Of a DNA stretch of 64,000 nt, positions 40,619 to 51,874 are shown piece after piece. Both the position numbers and the translations under genes were made by a program. Location of the stretch: contig NC_083283.1 of the NCBI RefSeq assembly GCF_963506605.1, positions 16,554,001 to 16,618,000 of the forward strand, read 5' to 3'. How positions within the stretch are numbered: the first letter of the stretch is position 1; the number at the start of each line of letters is the position of its first letter. The stretch comes from Zootoca vivipara. Its lineage: Eukaryota. The notes beneath the pieces are model-generated. The model searched no databases, was not told the origin of the DNA, and saw only the letters and a program-made list of their open reading frames with translations.

Positions 40619-42926
40619 AGAGTCAGATTAGAAAGACAAAGAGTGACTCCAAAACAGATCAGGCTGCTTCCCAGTGAGAGTTGCAGATGCAAATCTAATA
40701 TTGGTCCTGGGTACACACCCCTAGTATAAGTTAGCTTCCTATGTTCCTAGGACCAAGTATGAACATTATGTGCTTGTCATAAGTGCATGGTTCATTTTTA
40801 TTAGTATTTGTAAAAAATATTGCACACATTTGGCACAATGTGTATTGCAAGTGTAAGTAAGTAATATATCCAATGGGGGGAGGGGAAATGCACATACCAT
40901 ACTTCCATTCTCATTAAAGTAAATAATGTCAGAAACATGTTGAGCCCCCAAGGGATCGTGCTTCAGAAAATGCCACCAACTAGACTGATGATTCAACAGA
41001 GCGGTTTTCTTTTATTTGAAAAAGCTCTTTCTTTTCAAGTTTGTCCATGCAAGGCAAATATAGGAAGCCAAAAATGGGGCTTTTGGTGTAAAATGAAATT
41101 GGAGCGAGTGTTTTGCTGCAAATTTTACAACAGTTATATATCGGGAAATGGGTTCTTACCAAAACACCAGCCATACAAAACAGGAGCTTCGTTCCAGATT
41201 TCCCTCTAGGAAGACATTATTCACATATGCTGATTTCATTTAAGTTATATGATGCGCCACTAATGAACACAAGTGATTAAATGTAAACAGCAGCGATTGA
41301 AGGAATCTTTCATTATGTACGGAAGTTTATGAAAAACTGGTCAGCATTTTCATGAAGGCCCACCATTTCCAGAGGTTTATAACTCTGCCATAAACACTCT
41401 CGCCAACTTGCCATTATAAGATCTAGGTCACAGACATGCATTTCCTGGTTAGCAAAAAACAAAACAAAAAACCTATAAAAGCAACTGAGCCAACTGCAAA
41501 ATAGGACAGCTTTTCCACCATAATGTTTATTATTTGTTTACTCTACACTTGAGTCAAAGAGGTGAAAGTCTTGTAGCAACTAAGAAGGGTTCTGGCTCAG
41601 GAATTTTAGATTCCTGTTGTTATTCTGCCACAAGTTTATGTATATGTTTGGGCAACTCAGTTAACCTTCCACATTTTGTTTCCCTTCCTCTGAAAGTGAT
41701 AATAGTAACACAACAGCCACAAAATGGGACTCTAGAGACTAGGTTATGAATATTTCAAAGCACAATATTATACCTTCACAAATGGAGTTGGAGAACAGTG
41801 TTTCACAGAGAAACGGTCACAGGAAGAAGTTCTCTTGGATATCTCATAATAGATAGATTATGAGCAAGGAGTCATTTTCTTAATTAAGCAGGCCAAGATG
41901 GCTTTTCAAAAGTTTCAGTGCTCTGCAAAGTGATACTGTGGAGGAATATCACACCTAGAAAAATATGAAAGAGAACATATTCCCATGAGGAAAAAACTGC
42001 CAGAAGACTGATTAAGATAATCTGGCAGTATAATGAGCCAAGCTCTCAAAAAAACAGAACATGGAGAGGCTTACCTGCATAAAAATGCTTTTTGGTGCTA
42101 TTATTTTCAAATCAAATCATCATACCACACGCCTCCCCTTTCCCAATGTGACTTACTTCACCTTGGGAAAATACCTGGAAAGCATTAATTCTGCCACTGC
42201 CCTACCAAAAATAGATTAACTACTTTTTAAGTAAGTTATCTAAAAAATCAAGGAAGTTATTAGTACCCTAACCAATGCTGGTGAATATAAGTACAGCCCT
42301 GTTGGGTCAGAACATAGGAAGCTGCTTTCAACCAAGTAGGACCACCAAACCATCTCACTCAGTATTGTCTACACTAGCACTGCCTCTCCAGGGTTGCAGA
42401 GTATGGGAGATTAGCAGCCAAACCCAACTCAAAACCCTTTAAAATCCATCTGCCACCACATTTTGCAGCAGAACCACCGTAAAGCAGAGCCCCCAACCTC
42501 TAGTACTGCAAGTGGTGCAGAAGGATGCCCTAGTAATGGTATCAAAAGGTGACATAAGGTCACATTTCCCCCCATTTTCCTTCCCAGTTCCTTCATCAAC
42601 TACAATGGATTCAAATATCAGTATGTGGACCTGACAGGACAGCCTCAAGTACATAGCTCTCCCCTCCTTCCTAAAACAAACAAACAAACAAACCTTGCCT
42701 GAAAGTTTCCCAGGTTAGTATGATGCAATAATGGTTAAACAGTGGGCCACCGTCATACAGGAAGATGGAATAGATGAATTAAATACCACAGAGGTGCAGA
42801 ACATTTTTCAGTCGAAGGACAAGCTTTCCTTCTGGGTCACCTTCCAGGGGCCACCTTCCAGTGAGAAGGGCCTGAGATAAAAGTGGGCGGAGCAACAAAT
42901 ATACTGTTTAAAGGCTCATGTCTGTA

Positions 42927-43189
42927 CAGTGGTACATTGGGTTTACAAACACAATTGGTTCCTGAAGTCTGTACTTAACCTGAAGCGAACTTTCCCATTG
43001 AAGGTAATGGAAAGTGGATTAATCCGTTCCAGACGGTCCGTGGAGTACTTAACCTGAAGCGTACTTAACCTGAAGCAAAGTTTCCCATTGAAAGTAATGG
43101 AAAGTGGATTAATCCGTTCCAGACAGGTCCGTGGAGTACTTAAACTGAAAGTACTCAAACCGAGGCGTACTTAAACTGAGGTATGACTG
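42927..43189. mobile_element. Tigger-like MITE with an internal tandem unit
   Basis: ta-cagtggtac ... gtatgactg-ta; homologous (reverse complement) to 59260-59686. Confidence 0.85.
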
Positions 43190-44236
43190 TATACACCCCA
43201 CTAGAGGCATTATCAGAGCTCAAGGACACATTCCAGGCAGGCAAAAACATTTGGGGGTTCAAAGCTGTTTGGGGCATGGCCTGAGAAGAGAAGGAATGGT
43301 TTAGGGAGAGTTTCAAAGGGCAGAGAGAGCAGCTTGGAGGTCTAAGATTCCCCATACTGGAAGCTGACCAGGCTTTCACCTGCCAGGGATCTGGAGAGGG
43401 AAATCTGTGGCACAGATCTTCCCAAGCACCTTCCCTGCAGTCTCAGGAGCAATAGAAACTCATGCATGCAAACATAATAGACAGGCAATACAGAGACTTC
43501 CTGTACAGTCTCTATCACTTTAAAAAAAACTAAGCAAAACCCCACACTACAAACACACCTAAGCTGGGACAGATGTAAGTGACTGAATTATTGATTGCTA
43601 TCACTTCTTTCTTTCTTCTTTATAACAGTTTCAGGCTACTAGACTCAATCTTACCTTTTCGCCCTTGGTGTGTGAAGAGTCAGTGAATAACTTTGACAAG
43701 TTGTTATTTGGCCTTGAGTTGCCAGCATGGTGTGAACAGATGAGAAGACCGTCATTTTCTGTTCAAGAGAAGAAATGGGGGGAAACACAGGAGAATTACA
43801 TTTCTGCCTGATGACTGCTAGCTATCTAATCACACCACAAGGACACTGACCCCTTGCTTTAAAGGAGAATAACCTTATGATTTCCACAAGAAATTATTAA
43901 TGGGCTGTTATTCAGGTATGCCTTGCATCCATAATAAATAAGACAGTCGCACACAGCTCACTTGCTCCTACATTCATGTAAAGGAAAGTGTAATGACAGG
44001 ACAGTTGTACATAAATCTGTTGAGCGGCAATTATTCTCCTTTCTGCAGCCACCCAATCCCTTTCCTTCTCCCCATAAAGCAATTTAGGAAGAGGGAGATC
44101 AGGCCAGGTGTATTACTACCCTGGGTAGTAAGGTAGCTACTGCATTGGGAAATTCAAATTTCTGACATTGAGCAGAGCCAAATATTCATACCACACTGCA
44201 CAAGTGTTTTCTGTTGCCATTTTCCTGTTCCATGCA

Positions 44237-44451
44237 TAGGGTTGCCAGACTCAATAGAGGACAGGACTTCTGTGTCTTTAATTGCCCTGCTCTCTTTTGA
44301 GTCTGGAAACCTTAAAGAGAAACCAGCAGACCCTTCGTTTAATTTCCAAGCAAAGGGTCTGCTGGTTTCTCTCTAAGGTTTCCAGACTCAAAAGAGAGCA
44401 GGGCAATTAAAGGCACAGAAGTCCTGTCCTCTATTAAGTATGGCAACCCTA
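44237..44451. mobile_element. 215-bp fully palindromic hAT MITE (TAGGGTTGCCA TIR)
   Basis: ~100-bp near-perfect arms; 8-bp TSD tccatgca. Confidence 0.92.
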
Positions 44452-45252
44452 TCCATGCACCCTACTGCCTTGACTCTCCATAATTTGGTGAGTTTATTTC
44501 TTCTGGCCTGGGGGCAATGCTTTCCCCCCTTTTTTCTTTTAATCCCACCAGCCTAATTGTCCATAAAAATTCTCAAATCCCAGTATCAGATTTCTGAGAG
44601 TTAATGGAGCTGCTTCTTTTCTCAGCTGTTAGGGCATTAGTCTTGAGAAGAGGTCACCAGTAAAGTCAAGCTTTCTGCTTTAATGATTACCTCTAAGACG
44701 CTGGATTATGAACAAGTAGCTGTGACCAATCTGAATGTAAATGGGAGATAGAAAGTACTGATCGTTTTAAAGAGATGTTTCAAATTGCAATCCTGTGTTT
44801 GTTATCTGAACCAGCATGTCAGCACAAAGGCCATATTTAACACAATCCTCTTCCTTTCCGGGGGGGGGGGGATATCTGATTGAGAAAAAGCCTCAGCCAT
44901 TGTTAAGAACAGAAGCCATCCATGCAAAGGTTTCCTGCACAGCAAAAGGGGTCATCATGCAGACGTATTAGCAATCATGGTAATAAAAGTTTATTTCCAA
45001 ATTTCTAGGTGTAAAGTAAGTGGTAAGTAGTACTTACTGAAATCCATTAGGGCTTCCTTTTCTGCACCGATGTGGCAGCCATCCTTTCTTGGAGGGAAAG
45101 GACAGCTGTGGTCATGATTGCTGCTGATTCTCCAGCTGTATAGCCCAGCTCACTCTTGGTGTAGCTGCACCTGTATTCAAGAGAGTGCATAGAAATTCAA
45201 TACTGTAGCTTTTATTGCAATTATCTGTATGTTTTTACCGTAATAGATCTTT

Positions 45253-45497
45253 CAGTTCAAAAGCACGTCAAAGTGCAAGTAGATAAATAGGTACCGCTCC
45301 GGCGGGAAGGTAAACGGCGTTTCCGTGCGCTGCTCTGGTTTCGCCAGAAGCGGCTTAGTCATGCTGGCCACATGACCCAGAAAAACTGTCTGCGGACAAA
45401 CGTCAGCTCCCTCGGCCAGTAAAGCGAGATGAGCGCCGCAACCCCAGAGTCGTTTGTGACTGGACTTAACTGTCAGGGGTCCTTTACCTTTACCTTT
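45253..45497 (+). mobile_element. 5'-truncated Sauria SINE
   Basis: SINE body plus ACCTTT tail. Confidence 0.9.
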
Positions 45498-45623
45498 ATA
45501 TATTTTAATTCTATTAATGATTAATTGTTTTAATGATTGTTCATAGAATTATAGGTTGCTGCTGCTTTTCTACTATGTTTTTAGCTGTTCCTGTTTTATC
45601 TATAAGCCAGGAAGGATATAAAT

Positions 45624-45668
<45 letters not shown>
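45624..45668. repeat. (AAC)n microsatellite
   Basis: Read directly from the sequence. Confidence 0.95.
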
Positions 45669-46396
45669 GGCCCAGTTTTTTTGGAGCAGAGTTGCAGTCT
45701 AAGATAGCAAATATTATCCATCCTTTTCGATATGGCAACCCACAAGTCAAGAATTAGCAGGTTTGATGACCCATCAATTTACTGTCACATGGATTTTGGA
45801 TTGTTGGTCTTCGCTGTTGCCCACGAGTGTTAAAATGTAAGCCTTGTGGCTTTCCAGTGACAAGTGTCAACACAGCATTATAAAATGCCAATGAAGCAAA
45901 AAGTTGCAAGAGAGACATTAATCATACCAGTAAATGATTGCAAATGATAATTATTTGGGGTTTATTTATAAAAGCAGTAAAACCTATTTGCACAGCCTTT
46001 GCTACCCACAGGTTGGGAAAGGCTGGCATATACCTCTCCTCCACCCAAGATTCAGCCACAAAGTTCAGTATGTGAGCAAACAGGATCCAATGAACAAATT
46101 CACATGGTGTTTATTCTCATTTCAGGTGAGTTTTTCCGTCCATCGGCTGCTCTGCCGTGCATGTGATGAAAAATCTATAACTGAAAAAATAAACTAACAG
46201 GGGATGTTTCAAGGAAGGCAGCTTCTGAAGGAACAGAGTGAACAACACAGCACAAACAGTTGTGTCCAATGGTGGTTTTGCAGTAGTGGAAAGGGTTTTT
46301 GTTTCTGTAAAGCGGGGCACCTGATATTTGCCAACCTCCTCATATGCAGTGCAGCCTCTCCAGAGGGAAGAGGGATCATCTGAAGCAGTGTGGAAT

Positions 46397-46916
46397 ATAG
46401 AATCATAGAGTTGGAAGAGACCACAAGGGCCATCCAGTCCAACCCCCTGCCAAGCAGGAAACACCATCAAAGCATTCTTGATATATGTCTGTCAAGCCTC
46501 TGGTTAAAGACCTCCAAATAAGGAGACTCCACCACACTCCTTGGTAGCGAATTCCACTGCCGAACAGCTCTTACTGTCAGGAAGTTCTTCCTAATGTTTA
46601 GGTGGAATCTTCTTTCTTGTAGTTTGAATCCATTGCTCCGTGTCCGCTTCTCTGGAGCAGCAGAAAACAACCTTTCTCCCTCCTCTATATGACATCCTTT
46701 TATATATTTGAACATGGCCATCATATCACCCCTTAACCTTCTCTTCTCCAGGCTAAACATACCCAGCTCCCTAAGCCGTTCCTCATAAGGCATTGTTTCA
46801 AAGCCTTTGAACATTTTGGTTGCCCTCTTCTGGACACATTCCAGCTTGTCAGTATCCTTCTTGAACTGTGGTGCCCAGAACTGGACACAGTACTCCAGGT
46901 GAGGTCTGACCAGAGC
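46397..46916 (-). mobile_element. CR1 LINE 3' fragment
   Basis: [22 protein letters not shown]...RTRSNGFKL...[17 protein letters not shown]; tail ccaactctatgattctat. Confidence 0.95.
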
Positions 46917-47058
46917 ATATGGGAATATGATTTCGAAGTCTGCGACTGGAAGAACAGATTGGTGAAAATAGACTGCCTTGCCTTGTGGTAGTTAAGGCAC
47001 TCCCACTAGTGCAAACTCACCATGTGATACAATCCTACACTAAACAAATATACATCCC

Positions 47059-47093
<35 letters not shown>

Positions 47094-47227
47094 ACCACCA
47101 CCACACCACACCTGGGAAGAATACTGGACCATTCTTAAATAGAGGCATTCTTTGAATATAGTCTAAGACACGCATCACAATGATAGTTGGATGGAAACAA
47201 AAAAATAGGAAATAATTCACCTCAACA

Positions 47228-47590
47228 CCTGGATAGCTCAGTCGGTAGAGCAGAGCTTTCCAAACTTTTCATGTTGGGGACACAATTTTTAGACATGCAT
47301 CATTTCATGACACAGCAATTCAGTTTTACTATCAAACCAGAGGATAAACTAACCCCTTTCCAGCCCCGGGGGAAGCATGGTGAGCATTTGCACGACACAC
47401 CTACACACTACAGCCGACACACTAACGTGTTGTGACACACAGTTCAGAAAGCTCTGCGGTAGAGCATGAGACTCTTAAATGCTGGGTCATGGGTTGAAGC
47501 CCCACGTTGGGCAAAAGAGTCCTGCATTGCAGGGGGTTGGAGCAGATGACCCTTGTGGTCCCTTCTACTGATACAACGATATGATCCTAT
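47228..47590 (+). mobile_element. tRNA(Lys)-like SINE with CR1-type tail, interrupted by a hAT element
   Basis: cctggatagctcagtcggtagag|catgagactcttaa...gggttgaagccccacgttgggc...cctgcattgcagggggttgg. Confidence 0.85.
47251..47456. mobile_element. hAT non-autonomous element
   Basis: cagagctttc / gaaagctctg TIR; 8-bp TSD cggtagag. Confidence 0.9.
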
Positions 47591-47721
47591 CTGTATGTCA
47601 TATCTGTGTGGAGACATGGAAGACGACAAACTTAGGGGTCAGGAAGGATAGGAGAAAATCTTTGGCAGTGATATAGAATATGTACCTAGAGAGGACTGCT
47701 GCTAACAGTTGGGCAATATCA

Positions 47722-48520
47722 AGCAGCATCTTCCCCGGCCACGGTCACCACCTGCGCTCTGTGGCGGCGAGGCGCGTGGGGCTTAGAGAGCAGCAGCCCC
47801 TTCCCCCCACCTGCCCCTCAGGCGCTTTCCCACCTTCCTCTTCCTCCCTCCTCAGTCAGCGGCGGCGGCAGAGGCACCACCCCCCTGCCACCCTCCCTCT
47901 CGGCCAGGCGGCGCACAGGTGGCGAAGCTCGAGGCTGAGGGGCACGCTGGCGGCGACCAGCGCTAAGAGTGCTCGCCGTTGCCCACCGGCCATGGCCCTC
48001 CCGCCGCTGTTGCTGTGGCATCAGCCTGCTGCTGCTGCGCCTCCTGCTGCTGCTGCTGGGTGCCTCTGCCTCGGCGGGGGCGGCCCCGCCGTGACCCTCC
48101 TCACCACCCAGGGTGGACTCGGTGCAGGGGCTGGCCTGGTGCGCCTCAGTGGTGATCGAGGGCAAGGTGCTATCTCACAGCGTGGTGGAGCCAGGAGGAG
48201 GCGGAGGCGGCGGAGGAGGAGGGGAAGAAGCAACGTCGCTGTTGCTACTGCTGCCGCCGCCACCACCGCTCCTCACCCTGTCAGAGCAGCAGCAGCCGAC
48301 TGCCGCCTCTGCTTCCAGCACCTCCTTCTCAGGGAGTGTCCCCTCGCCCTCGCCAGCTCCCAGGGCGCCGGTGCTGAGCCCCAGCCTGCCCAGCCCGAGC
48401 CCACCGCCCATTTCCTGGGTGACTCGGGTGCATGTGCACCAGGTGTGGCCAGCCAAAAGTGGCGGGCTTTTTGCTTATGGGGGGCAGGTGCCCCCCTGCC
48501 CTGCGCTGGGTACGCCCATG
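47722..48520 (+). mobile_element. 3' part of a Pack-type hAT element (now inverted relative to its 5' part)
   Basis: Ends ...ggggggcaggtgcccccctgccctgcgctgggtacgcccatg, followed by atcccagg (48521-48528). Confidence 0.8.
47917..48468 (+). pseudogene. NRG1: Captured, decayed fragment of the NRG1 type II (GGF2) first exon
   Basis: LLLLLLGASASAGAAPP*PSSPPRVDSVQGLAWCASVVIEGKV ... RVHVHQVWPAKSGGL matches recalled GGF2 LLLLLGTAALAP...CYSSPPSVGSVQELAQRAAVVIEGKV ... LVKVHQVWAVKAGGL; in-frame TGA at 48092-48094 where GGF2 has Cys; cut off by the TE end. Confidence 0.85.
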
Positions 48521-48528
48521 ATCCCAGG

Positions 48529-48757
48529 AGCAAAGGGGGGACAAATGCAGAGAGCAAAGGCAGAAGCTAAGGGCTCCCAGGTTCCTGTCATGTTGGCGCC
48601 AATCGAGACACGCGCCACTTCCGGATTCTGATTCGGACTAGAGAAGTCATGGACTTTTTAGCTCTGTCTTGTACATATGTATATAATGAAACTCTGTAAA
48701 AACCAACTACGGAGTTTGGAGCCTCTTACTTGTGAGAAGCCTACAAGTGCCCTTACA
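48529..48757 (+). mobile_element. 3' part of a solo LTR (in the inverted segment)
   Basis: Ends ...cccttaCA, followed by 5-bp ggtcc (48758-48762). Confidence 0.65.
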
Positions 48758-48821
48758 GGTCCAGTCTCTGGGGTTGCGGCGCTCATCTTGCTTTACTGGC
48801 CGAGGGAGCCAGCATTTGTCC
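48758..48821 (-). mobile_element. Sauria SINE body fragment (its tail is at 49572-49603, + strand)
   Basis: ggtccagtc.tctggggttgcggcgctcatcttgctttactggccgagggagcc continues the reverse complement of the tail ggacctaacggtcagg...acctttaccttt. Confidence 0.8.
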
Positions 48822-48907
48822 CTCTTTGCATTTCCAATATCTGTCCCGACAACCTTCACTCAGCCATACCTTGTATTTCTGGGAAATGGTACATTCTAGC
48901 CTCTGCT

Positions 48908-49297
48908 GGCAGGAGCAGCTCCTGCAGTGGCTGAAGCTGACTGACGGAGGAGAGGCAGGGAGGCGGCAGAGTGAAAGAGAGGCCCTTTGGTGTGGTGCCA
49001 GGCTCCCTAAAGGTCCAATCCCATGGCGCGATCCTATCGCCCTCACCCACCCTGCCACCCCCTCTCGCCTGCCCGACCCTCCCATCCTCTCCAGCCAAGC
49101 AGGGTAGCCTCCGACGCCGCCAGCCCCAGAAGCACAAGGTGGCCGCTGCAGCCGCCGCCACCGCAGTGTCGTCGGGCCCGCTGGCCCTGTAGCCCCGCCC
49201 ACATTCACACTTTGTGGCGCCTCCCCTCCCGTGCCTTGGCCCCACCCCTGAACGACCATGGCTTGCCCCCCCTGATTTGATCCTGGGTATGCCCCTG
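48908..49297 (-). mobile_element. 5' part of the Pack-type hAT element, carrying GC-box/CCAAT-rich DNA
   Basis: Reverse complement begins caggggcatacccagg (13/15 match to the other TIR); flank 49298-49305 cctgggat is the reverse complement of atcccagg. Confidence 0.8.
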
Positions 49298-49305
49298 CCT
49301 GGGAT

Positions 49306-49571
49306 GAAGGGGTGGGAACGTAGCTTCCCCCCGCCCAGAACTGCTAAACTGTTGAGCATGTTCTCTGGTTTCTGACACTTCTCCCTCTGCAGCGCTCAGG
49401 TCCGACACTTCCGATCTTCCCCACTGCTCCTGTGATCTGTCAACATCCCCTGGGCTCTTCCCCACTGCAGGAGCCTTGGCACCAACCTCTGGGAGATGCT
49501 CTGAGGCGGCAGCATCTTGCAACCCTTCCACCAATCCGTTGGACTCCCTGACCCCTGGTGGTCCTCTGACA
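49306..49571 (-). mobile_element. 5' part of the solo LTR
   Basis: Reverse complement starts TGTCA and is preceded by ggtcc (from 49572-49576), matching the 5-bp TSD at 48758. Confidence 0.65.
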
Positions 49572-49606
49572 GGACCTAACGGTCAGGCGTACCTTTACCT
49601 TTATAG

Positions 49607-49905
49607 TAAAAGGTAAAGGGACCCCTGACCATTAGGTCCAGTTGCGGATGACTCTGGGGTTGCGGTGCTCATCTCGCGTTATTGGCCGAGGAAGCTGGCG
49701 TACAGCTTCCGGGTCATGTGGTCAGCATGGCAAAGCCGCTTCTGGCAAACCAGAGTAGTGCACGGAAACGCCGTTTACCTTCCCGCCGGAGCGGTACCTA
49801 TTTATCTACTTGCACTTCGACGAGCTTTCGATCTGCAGGAGCAGGGACCAAGCAACGAGAGCTCACTCCGTTGCGGGAATTCGAACTGCCGACCTTCTGA
49901 TCGGC
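49607..49905 (-). mobile_element. Sauria SINE
   Basis: aaaggtaaagggacccctgaccattaggtcc...gaattcgaactgccgaccttctgatc. Confidence 0.9.
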
Positions 49906-51193
49906 AATTCACCCTGAGTGCTACACAGGCATTAGGAAGTTGGGGCAGACATTTTTCTATCCCCCAAAATTAAATGCATTTTCACCCAGTCGCCGCAACC
50001 AGTTTTCAAATAATGAAAATGTTTGAATCTCCATTTAGAATGAATAAAGGCTGTGAAAAGCAATGGACCAGGAAAAGTTAAGTCAAAATTGGAAGGAAGC
50101 TTAGTGATGGTACCCTGAGTTCCCTTCTTGTATTCCCAACCCAACACCACCATTTGGGTGATGAACTGGAAGAAATAGAAGATTCCAGAATGTATTGGAG
50201 TCTGTACAAGCTTATGCACGCTGACACTTCTTTTTGGCTCTCCCCTTCCAGGAATTTTTCAACTGCCATATGAAAAAAGATGTCAACCACGAGGTATAAT
50301 TCTACTGCTATTTCACTTTTACATCCTCTCCAACCACCCACCTTACTCTGGCGACTTTTACTAACAAGTGAGCCAAGCAGCTTCTGCAAATGTGCTTTAA
50401 AGGCAATACTATAATTTTAACAATTCTGAAAGTTGTTGGCCTAGTTGTGTTTTTTCTCTCTCTCTTTACTGAGGTGGCAAGCCAGAGTTTGGCCTGTACA
50501 ACATCCGAAGGCTGGTTGGAATATGACTGAATGTGCTTCTATTAAAAGCAATAATTACGGTACCTGCACATAGAAAACTAATATATCTGGCAATGTGCAA
50601 GGCTAGAATTATTTTACCTGACATCTGTTTTTTAATATGAACAGGGGTTTTGCTCTGTTTCATATGGAGGAACATTCAGTCAGTGAGCCCTCACCTGAAA
50701 GCTGAACTAGTTTAGCAGCTCAGTGAAATGTAGGCCACTATTTCTTCATTGTGTCTATATAGTTTATGCTGGAAGTGCAACAGCAGGGATCATTCATTTG
50801 GTAACTTAAGGGGTTAATTCTGCTCAGTGTTAGTCAGCTACCCAAGATGGGTGGTCATGGAGCTGTTGCTTAACAACCGGCTAGGGTGATGTGATCTTCA
50901 TTGAGGTAGCATGTGTCCTGATTGGCTATGTAGTTTTGAGAAAGTTTTCTCTTGTATGTTTAGCTGAATGTTCTCCCAGCTATGTACAAAGCCTAATGGA
51001 ATAAAGACAAAACTTTTCTGTTCCTTTCTCCTCAAATTATACACTGTTTTTTGTCTTGACCCACCAGTATCAGCATTTATTTTCTCTCCAGACTCCATCT
51101 GCATTATTTAAGTAACTTTGCTTACAGATTTGTATGTAAATCTGTATGTAAATATATGTAAATTTGTATGTAAATATATGTAAATTGTATGTA

Positions 51194-51625
51194 AATTTCA
51201 GAAACAGACTGGAAAGAGAAGTTGCTGAATTGCAACTCATTACCAAGCTTAAAACCATGGAGAGATCTGGTCTGAATAAGGACACTGGATTCTTATCTCA
51301 TTTTACATGATAAAGCTATTTTTAGCCATCTCACCTCTTGCTTTTTCCTGCAAGACCAATTGCAGTCGTTAACAGTCGTTAACATTCGTCAACAGGTTTA
51401 CCACTCCTATCAGCCAATCACCCATTCCCACCACCCTTCTGAGTAATACCCCAGACCCACATAAGGGTCTGGTGACTTCTGTTTCAGTGTATCTGAAGAA
51501 GTGTGCATGCACACGAAAGCTCATACCTATGACAAACTTAGTTGGTCTCTAAGGTGCTCCTGGAAGGAATTTTTTTATTTTTTGTTTCGACTATGTCAGA
51601 CCAACACGGCTACCTATCTGTAGCT
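51194..51625 (+). mobile_element. 5'-truncated Penelope-like retroelement (GIY-YIG C-terminus + pLTR)
   Basis: 51194-51310 encodes NFRNRLEREVAELQLITKLKTMERSGLNKDTGFLSHFT*; pLTR with hammerhead; TSD agatttgtatgtaa (51126-51139, 51629-51642). Confidence 0.88.
51489..51526 (+). ncRNA. Minimal type I hammerhead ribozyme motif (PLE-associated)
   Basis: gtat-CTGAAGA-a-gtgtgc(at)gcacac-GAAA-gc-TC-atac: helix I gtat/atac, helix II hairpin, palindromic short helix III. Confidence 0.8.
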
Positions 51626-51874
51626 AGTAGATTTGTATGTAATCACTGTGCTCATTTTCCTTTCCTTTCCTAGTAATCCTTAATTTATCTTTTCCACAGC
51701 AGTCAAACAACAACGCAACATTTTCATCAACCTGTTCACCAAAATCCCAAGCTCTTGTTCCTGTTGAGACCAAATTAGTATATATGTGGATTTTTGCCTG
51801 AATGTGCAATCACTTTATACTTGCTCACATAGAATTGCATTTTAATGTTCATTTGCCAAGTTTGGAGATATCAT

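Noticed and set aside
47228-47512. tRNA-Lys gene (also tRNA-like heads at 8393, 15878, 21800, 32800)
   Set aside because: Degenerate, interrupted and attached to SINE bodies or tails
47680-48570. 296-aa ORF as a novel gene
   Set aside because: GC-rich off-frame read-through of the captured NRG1 fragment; it crosses the inversion breakpoint and the TE end
48113-48631. Functional NRG1 exon or gene at this locus
   Set aside because: Upstream in-frame TGA, a frameshift, truncation at a TIR, and no splice donor or further NRG1 exons in the window
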